This document shows positions 19,065 to 28,966 of a DNA stretch of 63,347 nt, in pieces. A program made the translations under genes and the position numbers. Origin of the DNA: Acidaminococcaceae bacterium (lineage in GTDB: Bacteria > Bacillota > Negativicutes > Acidaminococcales > Acidaminococcaceae); contig JBOFWD010000154.1 of NCBI GenBank assembly GCA_051653445.1, positions 1 through 63,347 of the forward strand. Reading direction: 5' to 3'. The notes beneath the pieces were generated by a model. The model was not told the origin of the DNA. It saw only the letters and a list, made by a program, of their open reading frames with translations, and searched no databases. The first letter of the stretch is position 1. Each line of letters opens with the position of its first letter.

Positions 19065-20249
19065 CTAAAGCGTAATTTTTTCTTTAAAAGTTTGTACGCC
19101 GTCTTTCAGTTCGATAATTACAGCCCCGGAAATCGGGTTGTGTTTATCATCATAAGTAACTTTGCCGGTAGCAACTTGTAAATCTTTGGTTTTAGCCATT
19201 TCAGCTGCAACTTTGACACCATCTGTTGTGCCAGCACGTTTAATAGCTTCGATAACAATCATTGCTGCATCATAGCCATGAATTGAGAAGTTATCTGGTT
19301 CTGCATTAAACATAGCTTTGTAGTTCTTGATGAACTTTTGAACGCTTGGTTCTTGGTCTTGTGCTGAATAAGCACTGCAGAAGTAAGTGCCATTAAGCGC
19401 GGTAGGACCTGCGATTTCAGCAAGTTTAGGAGAATCCCAGCCGTCAGAACCGAGCATTGGAACATCCAAACCTATTTCACGAGCTTGTTTAATGATTTTA
19501 GCAACTTCTTCATAATAAGCAGGTACATAAATAGCTTCCGGATTGGTTGCCTTAATCTTAGTTAAAGCAGCTTTGAAGTCAACGTCTTTAGCTAGGAATG
19601 CTTCGCTGGCAACCGCTTTGCCGCCATTTTTTTCCAGAGTCTTAGTAAATACAGCAGTCAAGCCTTTGGAATATTCGCTGGAAGCATCATAGAGAATTGC
19701 GATATTTTTTACTTTCAAAGTCTTATTAGCGAATTCTGCCATTACTTGTCCTTGGAAAGGATCAATGAAGCAAGCACGGAAGATGAAATCTTTCGTTTTA
19801 CCGTCTTTGACAGTAATATTTTCCGCTGTAGCAACAGGTGCCATCAAAGGAATCTTAGCATCTGTTACAATTTGGGATGCAGCTGCTACGCTGCCGCTGG
19901 TAGCTGGTCCGATAATAGCAATTGCTTTATCTTTACTGATTAATTTTGTTACTGCATTACCTGCTTCAGATGGTTCAGACTTGTTATCACTTTCAACAAG
20001 TTTAATTTTCTTTCCATTAATACCGCCTGCTTTGTTAACTTCTTCAACAGCCATTCTGACACCGTTCAAAGTTGATTTGCCATAATTGGCAACCGCACCG
20101 GTTAATTCAAAGCTGGCGCCAATAACTATTTCGTTACTATTGGCAGCCTCTTTCTTTTTGTCACCGCCGCAACCGGCAACAACGGCTGTCATCAATGCCG
20201 TCGCACAGGCTACACTGACAAGTTTTTTCCATGATTTCATTTCTTTCAC
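19065..20249 (-). CDS. ABC transporter substrate-binding lipoprotein (Leu/Ile/Val-binding family), copy 1
   Basis: 394 aa. Lipobox VAGCGG. Colinear with the downstream paralog (FIFRACFIDPFQG, PMLGSDGWDS). Confidence 0.9.
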   Translation of the reverse strand: MKEMKSWKKLVSVACATALMTAVVAGCGGDKKKEAANSNEIVIGASFELTGAVANYGKSTLNGVRMAVEEVNKAGGINGKKIKLVESDNKSEPSEAGNAVTKLISKDKAIAIIGPATSGSVAAASQIVTDAKIPLMAPVATAENITVKDGKTKDFIFRACFIDPFQGQVMAEFANKTLKVKNIAILYDASSEYSKGLTAVFTKTLEKNGGKAVASEAFLAKDVDFKAALTKIKATNPEAIYVPAYYEEVAKIIKQAREIGLDVPMLGSDGWDSPKLAEIAGPTALNGTYFCSAYSAQDQEPSVQKFIKNYKAMFNAEPDNFSIHGYDAAMIVIEAIKRAGTTDGVKVAAEMAKTKDLQVATGKVTYDDKHNPISGAVIIELKDGVQTFKEKITL

Positions 20250-20371
20250 CTTTTCTTTCCCTCTTCGTTTTCGATTGTGAAAATGTTTTCATCTGTAAAA
20301 AGACGTGAAAATTATACCTGCTTTTTCTGAATTTACAAATAAAAAATCATTCTTGCAATCACTTGCCTTTC

Positions 20372-20401
20372 ATTATAAGAAAGACTTCACACTTTTGTCA
20401 A
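20372..20401 (-). promoter_or_regulatory. strong sigma-A-type promoter of the liv operon
   Basis: Minus strand TTGACA-18 nt-TATAAT, both hexamers perfect, about 115 nt upstream of the first start codon. Confidence 0.6.
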
Positions 20402-20781
20402 TATTTTTTTTGCTTTTCAATACAAAATGGCTTGCTTTTTTTGTAAAGTTTGTACATTTATTCTCACTTTTTCATATTTGTCCACCTTGAAACTCCAAGT
20501 GTATTTAATTTTTATTATTTTTCTTGTAAAAGGTGCAATTTATACACATTTTCCTGCTTTTGCAGCATTTCGTCCAGAGAATATGGACTCTTAAGACGTT
20601 ATACAGTATCATGTATTTTCTTTTTTAAACTGCTGCCACAATTTGCTTTAAACAGAAGCAAACAACCCAATTTTTGATTATTTTCACTTCTAACGCTTTT
20701 TTCTTTTTTCACGAAGAAAAGCAAGCGCCACTATTTTAAAGAGGCTCACAGCCAATTTTTAGCGACGTTTTTTTGAGGCAT

Positions 20782-20820
20782 AAAAAAAATCCTCCTGCAT
20801 ATAACATGCAGGAGGCAAAA
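20782..20820. terminator. bidirectional intrinsic terminator
   Basis: aaaaaaaa-cctcctgcat-ataac-atgcaggagg-caaaaa. On the minus strand it terminates the parB-DUF554-DUF4446 unit. Confidence 0.85.
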
Positions 20821-20841
20821 ATTAATAGTCTTTTCAAAAAA

Positions 20842-21327
20842 TTATTTACTTAAAGCTGCTATTTCTTCTTTCGATAACGGATAATCTGATTTACCAGCCT
20901 TAACCGGTTTAGCGTAACATCTATTCTCATCACGTCCAAAGATACTTGAAAACACAACCCCATCTTTTCTTTCATCAAGCAAGGCTACCGAGTAACTCAA
21001 ATCACTTCCGGTATCATCAAAAGCATTAAACCTTACAACCCCTACCTTCTGTACACAATTCTTTAATTGATTGCGCAAATCATTGCAGTGGCCTTCCAGT
21101 TTTTCCATCTCCAGCTTGCCGGAACGCACTTCGCTTAATGTCTGTGTCAAAAGTTCCCCGACGTTAATATTATCAGAACCTTTGGTAAAAAAATCATATT
21201 TTTTCTGCAGGCCTTTTACTCTTTTCTCTGCTCTCATCAACATCATTGCAAGTATAACTATTAAAAGAAGCAAAACGGCAACTATAGCCGCAAGATTTTC
21301 ATTTAATATCAAATTAATCTGTTCCAT
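20842..21327 (-). CDS. DUF4446 family protein
   Basis: 161 aa. N-terminal TM helix, coiled segment, and a C-terminal VRFNAFDDTGSDLSYSVALLD block typical of DUF4446 proteins encoded next to parB. Confidence 0.75.
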   Translation of the reverse strand: MEQINLILNENLAAIVAVLLLLIVILAMMLMRAEKRVKGLQKKYDFFTKGSDNINVGELLTQTLSEVRSGKLEMEKLEGHCNDLRNQLKNCVQKVGVVRFNAFDDTGSDLSYSVALLDERKDGVVFSSIFGRDENRCYAKPVKAGKSDYPLSKEEIAALSK

Positions 21328-21344
21328 TATTTCTTTTTCTCTCC

Positions 21345-22055
21345 TTATTTGAAAGCAGTAAATAATTCCGTCACAAAACCTGCGGCTATGATAGCTGGCA
21401 GCATGTTCGCAATTCTTATTTGTACAAGCTTAAGCATATTCAGGCCAATAGCGATAATCAATATCCCGCCTGTTGCAGTAATTTCAGCCAGAAGTGCTGG
21501 CGACATTATCGTTTCCAACGAGCCTGCCAGCAAAGTGATCGTTCCCTGGTATATCGCGACACTTATTGCTGATAATGCTACGCCAATCCCCATATTTGCC
21601 GCAAAGATGATTGCCGTTATACCATCAAGTATCGATTTAGCATAAAGCGTTGATGCATCACCGGTCAACCCCTCTTGAATACTGCCGACAATTGCCATTG
21701 CCCCCACACAATAAATAAGGCTTGTTGCTACAAAACCTTGCCCAATGATATCCGCTGCGCTATTTTTTGCAGAACCCTTGGTTAGTTTGCGACCGATCCA
21801 GCTACCGAAACGATTTAAAATTTTATCGATATCAAGAAACTCTCCTATGATTGAGCCTGCTACCAAACTTATTATAACTATAATAATATTATTTGTTTTC
21901 ATTGCCATCTGGATACCAATCACCGCAACCGATAAGCCAATAGCATGCATGATTGTAGTCTGCCATTTCTCAGGCAAGCCCTGCCTCAACACCAAACCTA
22001 AGAACGCACCGGCAAGAATAGCAGAAGCATTAACAATTGTTCCCATACCGATCAT
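21345..22055 (-). CDS. DUF554 family membrane protein
   Basis: 236 aa polytopic. MIGMGTIVNASAILAGAFLG start is typical of the YdfK/YqgA family. Confidence 0.8.
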   Translation of the reverse strand: MIGMGTIVNASAILAGAFLGLVLRQGLPEKWQTTIMHAIGLSVAVIGIQMAMKTNNIIIVIISLVAGSIIGEFLDIDKILNRFGSWIGRKLTKGSAKNSAADIIGQGFVATSLIYCVGAMAIVGSIQEGLTGDASTLYAKSILDGITAIIFAANMGIGVALSAISVAIYQGTITLLAGSLETIMSPALLAEITATGGILIIAIGLNMLKLVQIRIANMLPAIIAAGFVTELFTAFK

Positions 22056-22110
22056 TATTTTTCCCCTTCTGACAAAACAAGCTATTCCTTATTTTTTCTT
22101 TAGCAAAACA

Positions 22111-23088
22111 TCAGACACTGAGTTTTTTTGTATTTTGCAAGGAACTCCCAACTGCTTCAGTTTTTCCTTCCAGCAATTCATGGATTCTTTCCAAATCATC
22201 TAAAGAATAATATTCTATCTCTATTTTTCCGCTTGTCTCAGTTTTTTTGAGCACTCTTACCTTCGTTCCCAGCACAGCCATCATTTTATTCTGAAAATCA
22301 GCACAAAAAATATCGGGGTTTTCTTTATTTTTTGCTGTTTTGGTTTTTTTAGCAATGTTTTCTTTCTTTTCTTGCAGCGGTGCATCATCAATCAAAGAAT
22401 CTATGTCGCGGCCTTCTTTAAATGCCTTGACTACATCTTCTACTTTGCGGACGCTCCAGCCTTTAGTTATAATGGTCTCGGCAAGTAAAATCTGTTTTTC
22501 TTCGTCTTCTATGACTAATAGCGGTCTTACCTGACCTAGAGTGAGTTCTTCTTTAGAAATATATGCTCTTATTTTAGCCGGTAGATTCAACAGTCTGAGA
22601 ATATTAGTTACTGCAGTACGGCTCCGCCCTAATTTTTTTGCAGCATCAGCCTGAGTCAATTGCAATTTGTCCATCATCGCTTTGATTCCTTCAGCTTCTT
22701 CTAAAGGATTGAGGTCATGTCGCTGAATATTCTCTATCATAGCGACTTCCATCATAGCTTCTTCGTCATAATCACGTATTACGACCGGCACAGCCTTTAA
22801 CCCGGCTGTTTTGGCAGCACGCCAACGCCTTTCACCAGCTACAATTTCATATCTGTCACCGCTTTTCCTGACGATAAGCGGTTGAATTACACCATGTTGC
22901 CTAACAGAGTCTACTAATTCCTTCATTTTTTCAGGTTCAAACACTTTACGCGGCTGATAAGGATTGGGAATCAAATCCTTTACATCAAGCTCTTGCTTGA
23001 CTTCATTTTCTGCCAGCTCTGCACTTACATCTTCCGTGCTGCCAAAAAGAGCCTCCAAGCCTTTTCCCAAACCAGCTCGTTTACTCAT
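22111..23088 (-). CDS. parB: chromosome partitioning protein ParB/Spo0J
   Basis: MSKRAGLGKGLEALFG..., GERRWRAA CTP-binding box and an HTH region. Start moved to ATG 23088, overlapping the parA stop (ATGAGTAA). Confidence 0.92.
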   Translation of the reverse strand: MSKRAGLGKGLEALFGSTEDVSAELAENEVKQELDVKDLIPNPYQPRKVFEPEKMKELVDSVRQHGVIQPLIVRKSGDRYEIVAGERRWRAAKTAGLKAVPVVIRDYDEEAMMEVAMIENIQRHDLNPLEEAEGIKAMMDKLQLTQADAAKKLGRSRTAVTNILRLLNLPAKIRAYISKEELTLGQVRPLLVIEDEEKQILLAETIITKGWSVRKVEDVVKAFKEGRDIDSLIDDAPLQEKKENIAKKTKTAKNKENPDIFCADFQNKMMAVLGTKVRVLKKTETSGKIEIEYYSLDDLERIHELLEGKTEAVGSSLQNTKKLSV

Positions 23089-23848
23089 CTCCAATAACCT
23101 CCTGTGCCAACTCCTGATAAACTTGTGCACCTTTGGACTTAGCGTCATAAACTATGACAGGCTGCCCATGGCTCGGTGCTTCGCTTAGTCTGATATTGCG
23201 AGGTATGATGGTATTATACATTTTAGCATTAAAATATTTTTTCACCTCACCAACAACATCGCTGGAAAGATTAGTACGTGCGTCAAACATAGTCATTACT
23301 GCTCCCTCCAGCTTTAAAGCCGGATTAAGATTGCGCTGTACCAACTGTATTGTATTCATCAGCTGTGTAACACCCTCCAGCGCATAGAACTCGCACTGAA
23401 TAGGCACCATCACCGAACTGGCAGCAGTGAGTGCATTCAGAGTTAAAAGCCCCAATGAAGGCGGACAATCAATCAACACGTAGTCATATTCATGTTTTAC
23501 CCTATCAAGAGCCCTTTTCAATCTACTCTCACGACTCATTACAGAAACGAGTTCCAGTTCTGCACCAGCGAGCTGTATCGTGGCAGGCAATACCGATAGG
23601 TTCTCATACTCACTCTTCATTATAACTTCCACCATCGGCGTACCACTGATCAAAACATCATAGATGCATTTTTTTATGTAATTTTTTTCAAAGCCCAGGC
23701 CGCTGGTAGAATTGCCTTGCGGATCACTGTCTATCAATAAAACCTTGCGGCCCTTAGCTGCCAGACACGCTGCCAGATTCACTGCAGTTGTCGTTTTGCC
23801 AACTCCGCCTTTCTGGTTTGCTATGGCGATTACCTTAACCAAGACCAT
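23081..23848 (-). CDS. parA: chromosome partitioning ATPase ParA/Soj
   Basis: Deviant Walker A NQKGGVGKTT. Start is ambiguous (GTG 23851, ATG 23848, or TTG 23842, which has the best RBS spacing). Confidence 0.93.
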   Translation of the reverse strand: MVLVKVIAIANQKGGVGKTTTAVNLAACLAAKGRKVLLIDSDPQGNSTSGLGFEKNYIKKCIYDVLISGTPMVEVIMKSEYENLSVLPATIQLAGAELELVSVMSRESRLKRALDRVKHEYDYVLIDCPPSLGLLTLNALTAASSVMVPIQCEFYALEGVTQLMNTIQLVQRNLNPALKLEGAVMTMFDARTNLSSDVVGEVKKYFNAKMYNTIIPRNIRLSEAPSHGQPVIVYDAKSKGAQVYQELAQEVIGDE

Positions 23849-23957
23849 CACCTCTCATTCGTTGCATTAATTTATATTGTTTATTCGACTACTATATTCT
23901 ACCATAATTTTCGCTTTATAATTTAATTTTTATTATACTTTCAACGAAAAAGGTCAA

Positions 23958-23973
23958 TGTTTCACGTGAAACA
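23958..23973. promoter_or_regulatory. parS centromere-like site, perfect consensus
   Basis: tgtttcacgtgaaaca matches the Firmicutes parS consensus 16/16. It is embedded in the 38-bp perfect palindrome aaaaggtcaatgtttcacgtgaaacattgacctttt (23947-23984). Confidence 0.9.
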
Positions 23974-24017
23974 TTGACCTTTTGACTTTCTTCGGATAAA
24001 TTCAGTTTTTACTGATC

Positions 24018-24884
24018 CTATTTTGTTTTCTTGGTATTTTTGATATGCAATGTGACAACCACATCATCACCTTCCAGCTTTTGCTCCACTTTAACAGGAA
24101 TGCCGGAAACTTCCATATTCTTCGTTATTTGCTTGATGCTGTTCAAATAAATTCTTACATCTTGTATAATCATCAGCCTTTTAGGTTTCTTCTTTTTGGC
24201 TGAATCCTGATGTTCCTCGATATAAGTTTCTATATATTTTTCAGTTTGTCTGACATTCAAACCATTTTTGGTAATTTCCTCAACGACAATAATCTGGTCT
24301 TCCTCATTTGTTAATCGCAATAAAGCACGCGCATGCCTTTCAGTCAATCCCTGTTCCTTCAAAACTTTTCTAACCTTATCTGATAATTTTAAAAGTCTCA
24401 GTTTGTTAGCAATAGTAGATTGTTTTTTACCAACGCGGCTTGCCATTGACTCCTGCGTAAGATTAAACTGATCCATCAGCCGCTCATAACCGTCAGCTTC
24501 TTCCAGATAATGCAGGTCTTCTCGCTGTAAGTTTTCGATTAAAGCAATCTCAGCAATTTGTTGAGAAGTATAGTCACTTATTATAACAGGCACCATCGAA
24601 AGATTAGCGAGCTTTGAAGCGCGCAAGCGGCGTTCGCCGGCTATCAGCATATACTTTTCATTAGCTATAGGAGCAACCAAAAGCGGCTGCAACACCCCAT
24701 ACTGACTTATCGAATGGGCTAATTCAGCCAAAGCATCCGGTTCAAAATGTTTACGCGGTTGATAGGGATTAGCTTCAATATTCTGCACAGGCACCTGAAC
24801 AACACTAACTTCTCCTGAAGTGGCAACATCTTCCCCTAAAAGTTCCGCTGCGTCTAAATATGCAAATTCATCATCAATAACCAT
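24018..24884 (-). CDS. noc: ParB-family nucleoid occlusion protein (Noc-like)
   Basis: 288 aa. GERRLRAS, QSTIANKLRLLKL, LTERHARALL and LNVRQTE match B. subtilis Noc blocks. Position directly after rsmG, as in Bacilli. Confidence 0.8.
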   Translation of the reverse strand: MVIDDEFAYLDAAELLGEDVATSGEVSVVQVPVQNIEANPYQPRKHFEPDALAELAHSISQYGVLQPLLVAPIANEKYMLIAGERRLRASKLANLSMVPVIISDYTSQQIAEIALIENLQREDLHYLEEADGYERLMDQFNLTQESMASRVGKKQSTIANKLRLLKLSDKVRKVLKEQGLTERHARALLRLTNEEDQIIVVEEITKNGLNVRQTEKYIETYIEEHQDSAKKKKPKRLMIIQDVRIYLNSIKQITKNMEVSGIPVKVEQKLEGDDVVVTLHIKNTKKTK

Positions 24885-24907
24885 ACTATCAGGTTCTCCC
24901 TCCCCTA

Positions 24908-25621
24908 TTACAATGGCTGCTTTTCCGGAACTCCGGCTTTGCGCGGATACTTAACCGGAGTCTTTTTAATCTTATGAATTCTAATAATCGCTCTGCCATC
25001 ATCCAGGCCAGGAAGTTTGACTTCTTCAGCAGAAATGATTTCTCCGCCCAAAACGCCAACAGCAGTTCTTCCCTCCGCAAGTTCTTCCTTAAACCTGGAG
25101 CCTTTCATGGCTATAAAATAACCGCCTGGTTTGACCAGCGGCAAACAGTACTCAGATAAAACAGATAATCTTGCGACAGCGCGTGCCGTAACCAAATCAT
25201 ATTTTTCCCGATGCTGCTTATTTTGTCCTGCATCCTCGGCACGCAAATGTACGCAGGCAATATCATTCAGCCCAAGCGTCGCAATGACGTTTTCCAGAAA
25301 CTTCAGCCGCTTGGCCAAAGAATCCAAAAGCACAACTTTTAATTCCGGGCAGTAAATTTTGAGCGGTATGCCGGGAAAACCAGCACCGGTACCGACATCA
25401 GCAAGCAATTTACCGGCAAATAACTTTTCATCATAAGCTAGCAAAGAATCAATGATATGCTTAACCGCTACTTCTTCGGGCTCAGTTATTGCTGTAAGAT
25501 TCATTACCTTATTGGTTTCAATCAAAAGCTCAAAGTATTGGGAAAACTGTTCAAGCTGCTTTGCCGAAAAAACCAAACCAGCTTCTTTTCCTTTGCTGAT
25601 CAAAGCCTCTAAAAAAGTCAT
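24908..25621 (-). CDS. rsmG: 16S rRNA (guanine527-N7)-methyltransferase
   Basis: 237 aa. [18 protein letters not shown] motif. Overlaps the mnmG stop by 4 nt. Confidence 0.93.
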   Translation of the reverse strand: MTFLEALISKGKEAGLVFSAKQLEQFSQYFELLIETNKVMNLTAITEPEEVAVKHIIDSLLAYDEKLFAGKLLADVGTGAGFPGIPLKIYCPELKVVLLDSLAKRLKFLENVIATLGLNDIACVHLRAEDAGQNKQHREKYDLVTARAVARLSVLSEYCLPLVKPGGYFIAMKGSRFKEELAEGRTAVGVLGGEIISAEEVKLPGLDDGRAIIRIHKIKKTPVKYPRKAGVPEKQPL

Positions 25622-27495
25622 TTAGCTTTCTCCCTTCGGTTCGCAGCATCAAGAAAAATCATCAAAACATTCACATCAGCTGGTGAAACACCGGATATTC
25701 TTGATGCCTGACCAATCGAATTGGGTCGTACTTTATCAAGTTTTTCGATGGACTCCAAAGAAAGCTCTTTAATTTCGTGATAATCAATTGAGGCAGGGAT
25801 CAATTTGTTCTCTAATTTCAAAGCACGTTCAACTTCTTGTTTCTGTTTTACAATATAGCCTTCATACTTAGCATGGATTTCCAATTGTTCAGCAACTACC
25901 GCTGGAATTTCTGGCAAATCAAAAGCTTTGGCAAGTTTGTTGTAATCAAGCTCGCTGCGTCTTAAAAGTTCTAACATAGAAATCCCGGAACGTAAAGGCG
26001 CAGTATTCAAAACACTTAATTTTCTCTGAACTTCCTCATTCGGCGCCAGATTCATCCTTCCCATCTGGTAAAGCATTCTTTCCAACAAATCACGCTTGGC
26101 CGTAAAAGCGCTATAGCGATAATCATCAACTAAACCCAGTTGCCGACCTTTTTCGGTTAGCCGCAGATCAGCATTGTCCTGCCTAAGCAATAGCCGATAT
26201 TCAGCACGTGAGGTCATCATACGATAAGGTTCATTGGTGCCTTTAGTAACAAGGTCATCAATCAGTACACCGATATAAGCATCACTTCGGCCTAAAACAA
26301 AGGGGTCTTTGCCATTAACTTTCTGCATGGCGTTAATGCCGGCCATCAGACCTTGTGCGGCTGCCTCTTCATAACCACTCGTACCATTGGACTGTCCGGC
26401 AGAAAACAACCCGGAAATACGTTTATGCTCCAGCGATGCCTGCAATTGCAGCGGGTTCAAGCAATCATAATCAATTGCATAGCCGGCACGCATCATTTTG
26501 CAATTTTCCATTCCCGGAATAGTCTGCATAAAAGCAACCTGTACATCAGCAGGAAGCGAAGAAGACATTCCCTGTACATAAACTTCATTGGTCCGCATGC
26601 CTTCAGGTTCCAAAAAAAGTTGGTGACGTTCTTTATCTGCAAATCGGACAATTTTCGATTCAATAGACGGACAATAGCGCGGCCCTACTCCCTCGACCAA
26701 GCCGGTAAACATACCTGACTTGCCAAGATTATCACGAATGATTTGGTGTGTGCGCTCATTCGTATAAGTAAGCCAACAAGGCAACTGCTCTCTCTCCTCT
26801 ATTTTACTTATAAAAGAAAAGTTGCGTGTAGCTGCATCGCCATACTGCGCTTCCATCTTGCTGTAATCAAGACTGCGTGCATCAACACGTGCCGGGGTAC
26901 CTGTCTTGAAACGCATAAGTTCGACGCCATGCTCTTGTAAGGACGACGAAAGCTTGGTTGCAGAACGCAGACCATTAGGCCCGGACTCGTAATTTACTTC
27001 ACCGTAAACAATCTTGCCGCGCAGATAAGTACCTGTTGCCAGTATGACGCATTTGGCTTCAAAAACTTCTCCCGTTTCTGCCTCGACGCCGACGACTTCG
27101 CCATGAGAAACAAGCAGCTTATCAATCATTAATTGTTTTACATCAAGGTTTTCCTGCTTTTCAACTATTTCTTTCATTACGGTATGATAGTACGGCTTAT
27201 CAGCCTGCGCACGCAAAGCATGCACGGCATAGCCTTTGCCGGTATTCAACATGCGCATCTGGATACAAGCCTCATCGGCCGATAAACCCATCTGACCACC
27301 CAAAGCATCGATTTCGCGCACTAAATGACCCTTAGCCGGTCCTCCAACTGAAGGATTACAGGGCATAAGAGCTATATTATCAAGCGAAAGCGTCGCCATT
27401 AAAGTCTTGCCCCCAAGCCGCGCTGAAGCAAGAGCTGCCTCGACGCCGGCATGACCGGCACCGACAACGATTACATCATATTTTGCACTAATCAA
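25618..27495 (-). CDS. mnmG: tRNA uridine 5-carboxymethylaminomethyl modification enzyme MnmG
   Basis: 625 aa. [19 protein letters not shown] motif. Full-length GidA pattern. Confidence 0.97.
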   Translation of the reverse strand: MISAKYDVIVVGAGHAGVEAALASARLGGKTLMATLSLDNIALMPCNPSVGGPAKGHLVREIDALGGQMGLSADEACIQMRMLNTGKGYAVHALRAQADKPYYHTVMKEIVEKQENLDVKQLMIDKLLVSHGEVVGVEAETGEVFEAKCVILATGTYLRGKIVYGEVNYESGPNGLRSATKLSSSLQEHGVELMRFKTGTPARVDARSLDYSKMEAQYGDAATRNFSFISKIEEREQLPCWLTYTNERTHQIIRDNLGKSGMFTGLVEGVGPRYCPSIESKIVRFADKERHQLFLEPEGMRTNEVYVQGMSSSLPADVQVAFMQTIPGMENCKMMRAGYAIDYDCLNPLQLQASLEHKRISGLFSAGQSNGTSGYEEAAAQGLMAGINAMQKVNGKDPFVLGRSDAYIGVLIDDLVTKGTNEPYRMMTSRAEYRLLLRQDNADLRLTEKGRQLGLVDDYRYSAFTAKRDLLERMLYQMGRMNLAPNEEVQRKLSVLNTAPLRSGISMLELLRRSELDYNKLAKAFDLPEIPAVVAEQLEIHAKYEGYIVKQKQEVERALKLENKLIPASIDYHEIKELSLESIEKLDKVRPNSIGQASRISGVSPADVNVLMIFLDAANRREKAK

Positions 27496-27517
27496 AATCT
27501 ATCCCTCGCATTAACAT

Positions 27518-28900
27518 CTATTTGCCGACGCAGAATCTGGCAAATATTTCATTGATAATTTCATCACTTACAGTATCACCTGTTATAAAACCAATTGCTT
27601 CCACCGCATTACGCAAATCTATGATAATGCAATCATAGGGAACGTGAGCTTTAGCAGCAGCTAAAGCTTCTTCCAAAGAAGACAATGCTTTTTTCAATAA
27701 ATACTCATGTCTTGTATTTTGCACATATATACCGTCTTCGAGCTGTCCGCCGTTCCCATAAACATACTTTTTCAACCAGGCTATAAAATTATCCACACCA
27801 GCTGACGTCATAGCGGAAAGCTGCATGATATTATCCGCACCGAAATCCCTTTCCAGCGATGATAAATCGAGCGCCTGTGGTAAATCGCCCTTATTCACAA
27901 TTATAACATACGGTTTTTCCTTAACAGCCTGCAAGATCTCAATATCTTCTGTTCTCAGACTTTCCGACCCATCGAGAACAACTATGGCCAGCTCAGCCTC
28001 TTCGAGTATTTTTTTGGTTTTTTCAACACCAATTTTTTCCACATAGTCGTCAGTATTGCGGATACCGGCAGTATCGGTAAGCACAAGCGGTATACCATCG
28101 ATCAGCAATTGTTCCTCAATTACATCGCGCGTGGTACCGGGTATTTCAGAAACAATAGCACGTTCTTCCTTTAATAAGCTGTTCAATAAGCTGGACTTGC
28201 CAACATTAGGCCGGCCAATAATAACGGTTTTCATGCCTTCGCGCATTATCTTTCCCGTATGCGCATTATTAAGCAGCAGCGAGATCTCGCTCTGCACATC
28301 ATCAATAGTATTTTTCACATTTTGAAATGTGACTTCTTCAATATCCTCTTCAGGATAATCAATGACAGCTTCCAGATTTACAATAATATTCAAAAGCCGT
28401 TTACGCAAAAAGCCAATTTCCCTTGATAGCTGGCCCTGCTGTTGTCGCAGTGCAAGCTTTAAAGAAACTTCGCTGCGAGCTTTGATAATATCCATAACTG
28501 CTTCAGCCTGCGCCAGATCAATCCTGCCATTTAAAAAAGCTCTTTTCGTAAATTCGCCCGGCTCTGCCGGACGCGCACCTGCTTCATAGGTCAAAGAGAG
28601 AATTTTCTTCAGGGACTGAATACCGCCATGAGACTGAATTTCTACAACATTTTCTGCAGTATAAGAACGCGGTGAACGCATAAAAACAACCAGGGCCTCA
28701 TCTACTACTATGCCCTCAGCATCTTTAATATGACCATAAACAAGTGTATTCGGAGGATACTTTTCAAGTCTTTTACCGGAAGCTGCCTGAAAAATCCTAT
28801 CTGCAATTTCACAACTTCTGGGCCCGCTCAATCTTATGATGCCTATAGCGCCTTCGCCCAGTGCTGTTGCAACAGCACTGATAGTATCATCTACAAACAT
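27518..28900 (-). CDS. mnmE: tRNA modification GTPase MnmE
   Basis: 460 aa. G1 motif GRPNVGKSS, DTAGIR, and the C-terminal FCVGK. Confidence 0.97.
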   Translation of the reverse strand: MFVDDTISAVATALGEGAIGIIRLSGPRSCEIADRIFQAASGKRLEKYPPNTLVYGHIKDAEGIVVDEALVVFMRSPRSYTAENVVEIQSHGGIQSLKKILSLTYEAGARPAEPGEFTKRAFLNGRIDLAQAEAVMDIIKARSEVSLKLALRQQQGQLSREIGFLRKRLLNIIVNLEAVIDYPEEDIEEVTFQNVKNTIDDVQSEISLLLNNAHTGKIMREGMKTVIIGRPNVGKSSLLNSLLKEERAIVSEIPGTTRDVIEEQLLIDGIPLVLTDTAGIRNTDDYVEKIGVEKTKKILEEAELAIVVLDGSESLRTEDIEILQAVKEKPYVIIVNKGDLPQALDLSSLERDFGADNIMQLSAMTSAGVDNFIAWLKKYVYGNGGQLEDGIYVQNTRHEYLLKKALSSLEEALAAAKAHVPYDCIIIDLRNAVEAIGFITGDTVSDEIINEIFARFCVGK

Positions 28901-28966
28901 TTTTGCTCCTTCTCCCTTGAAAGTAATAGACCCAGCAATATAAAGAATATTACTGGGTCGAAAATT

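Noticed and set aside
20305-20677. Two overlapping plus-strand ORFs (61 and 75 aa) in the liv upstream spacer
   Set aside because: They are AT-rich low-complexity peptides without an RBS, and they read through the liv promoter on the opposite strand.
24889-25080. 63-aa minus-strand ORF at the rsmG 3' end
   Set aside because: It is an alternative frame of rsmG and runs into the 23-nt rsmG-noc gap.
28901-28966. Possible DnaA-box cluster in the mnmE-jag spacer, where B. subtilis has one
   Set aside because: The spacer contains only a hairpin (gacccag...ctgggtc) and no sequence within two mismatches of TTATCCACA.
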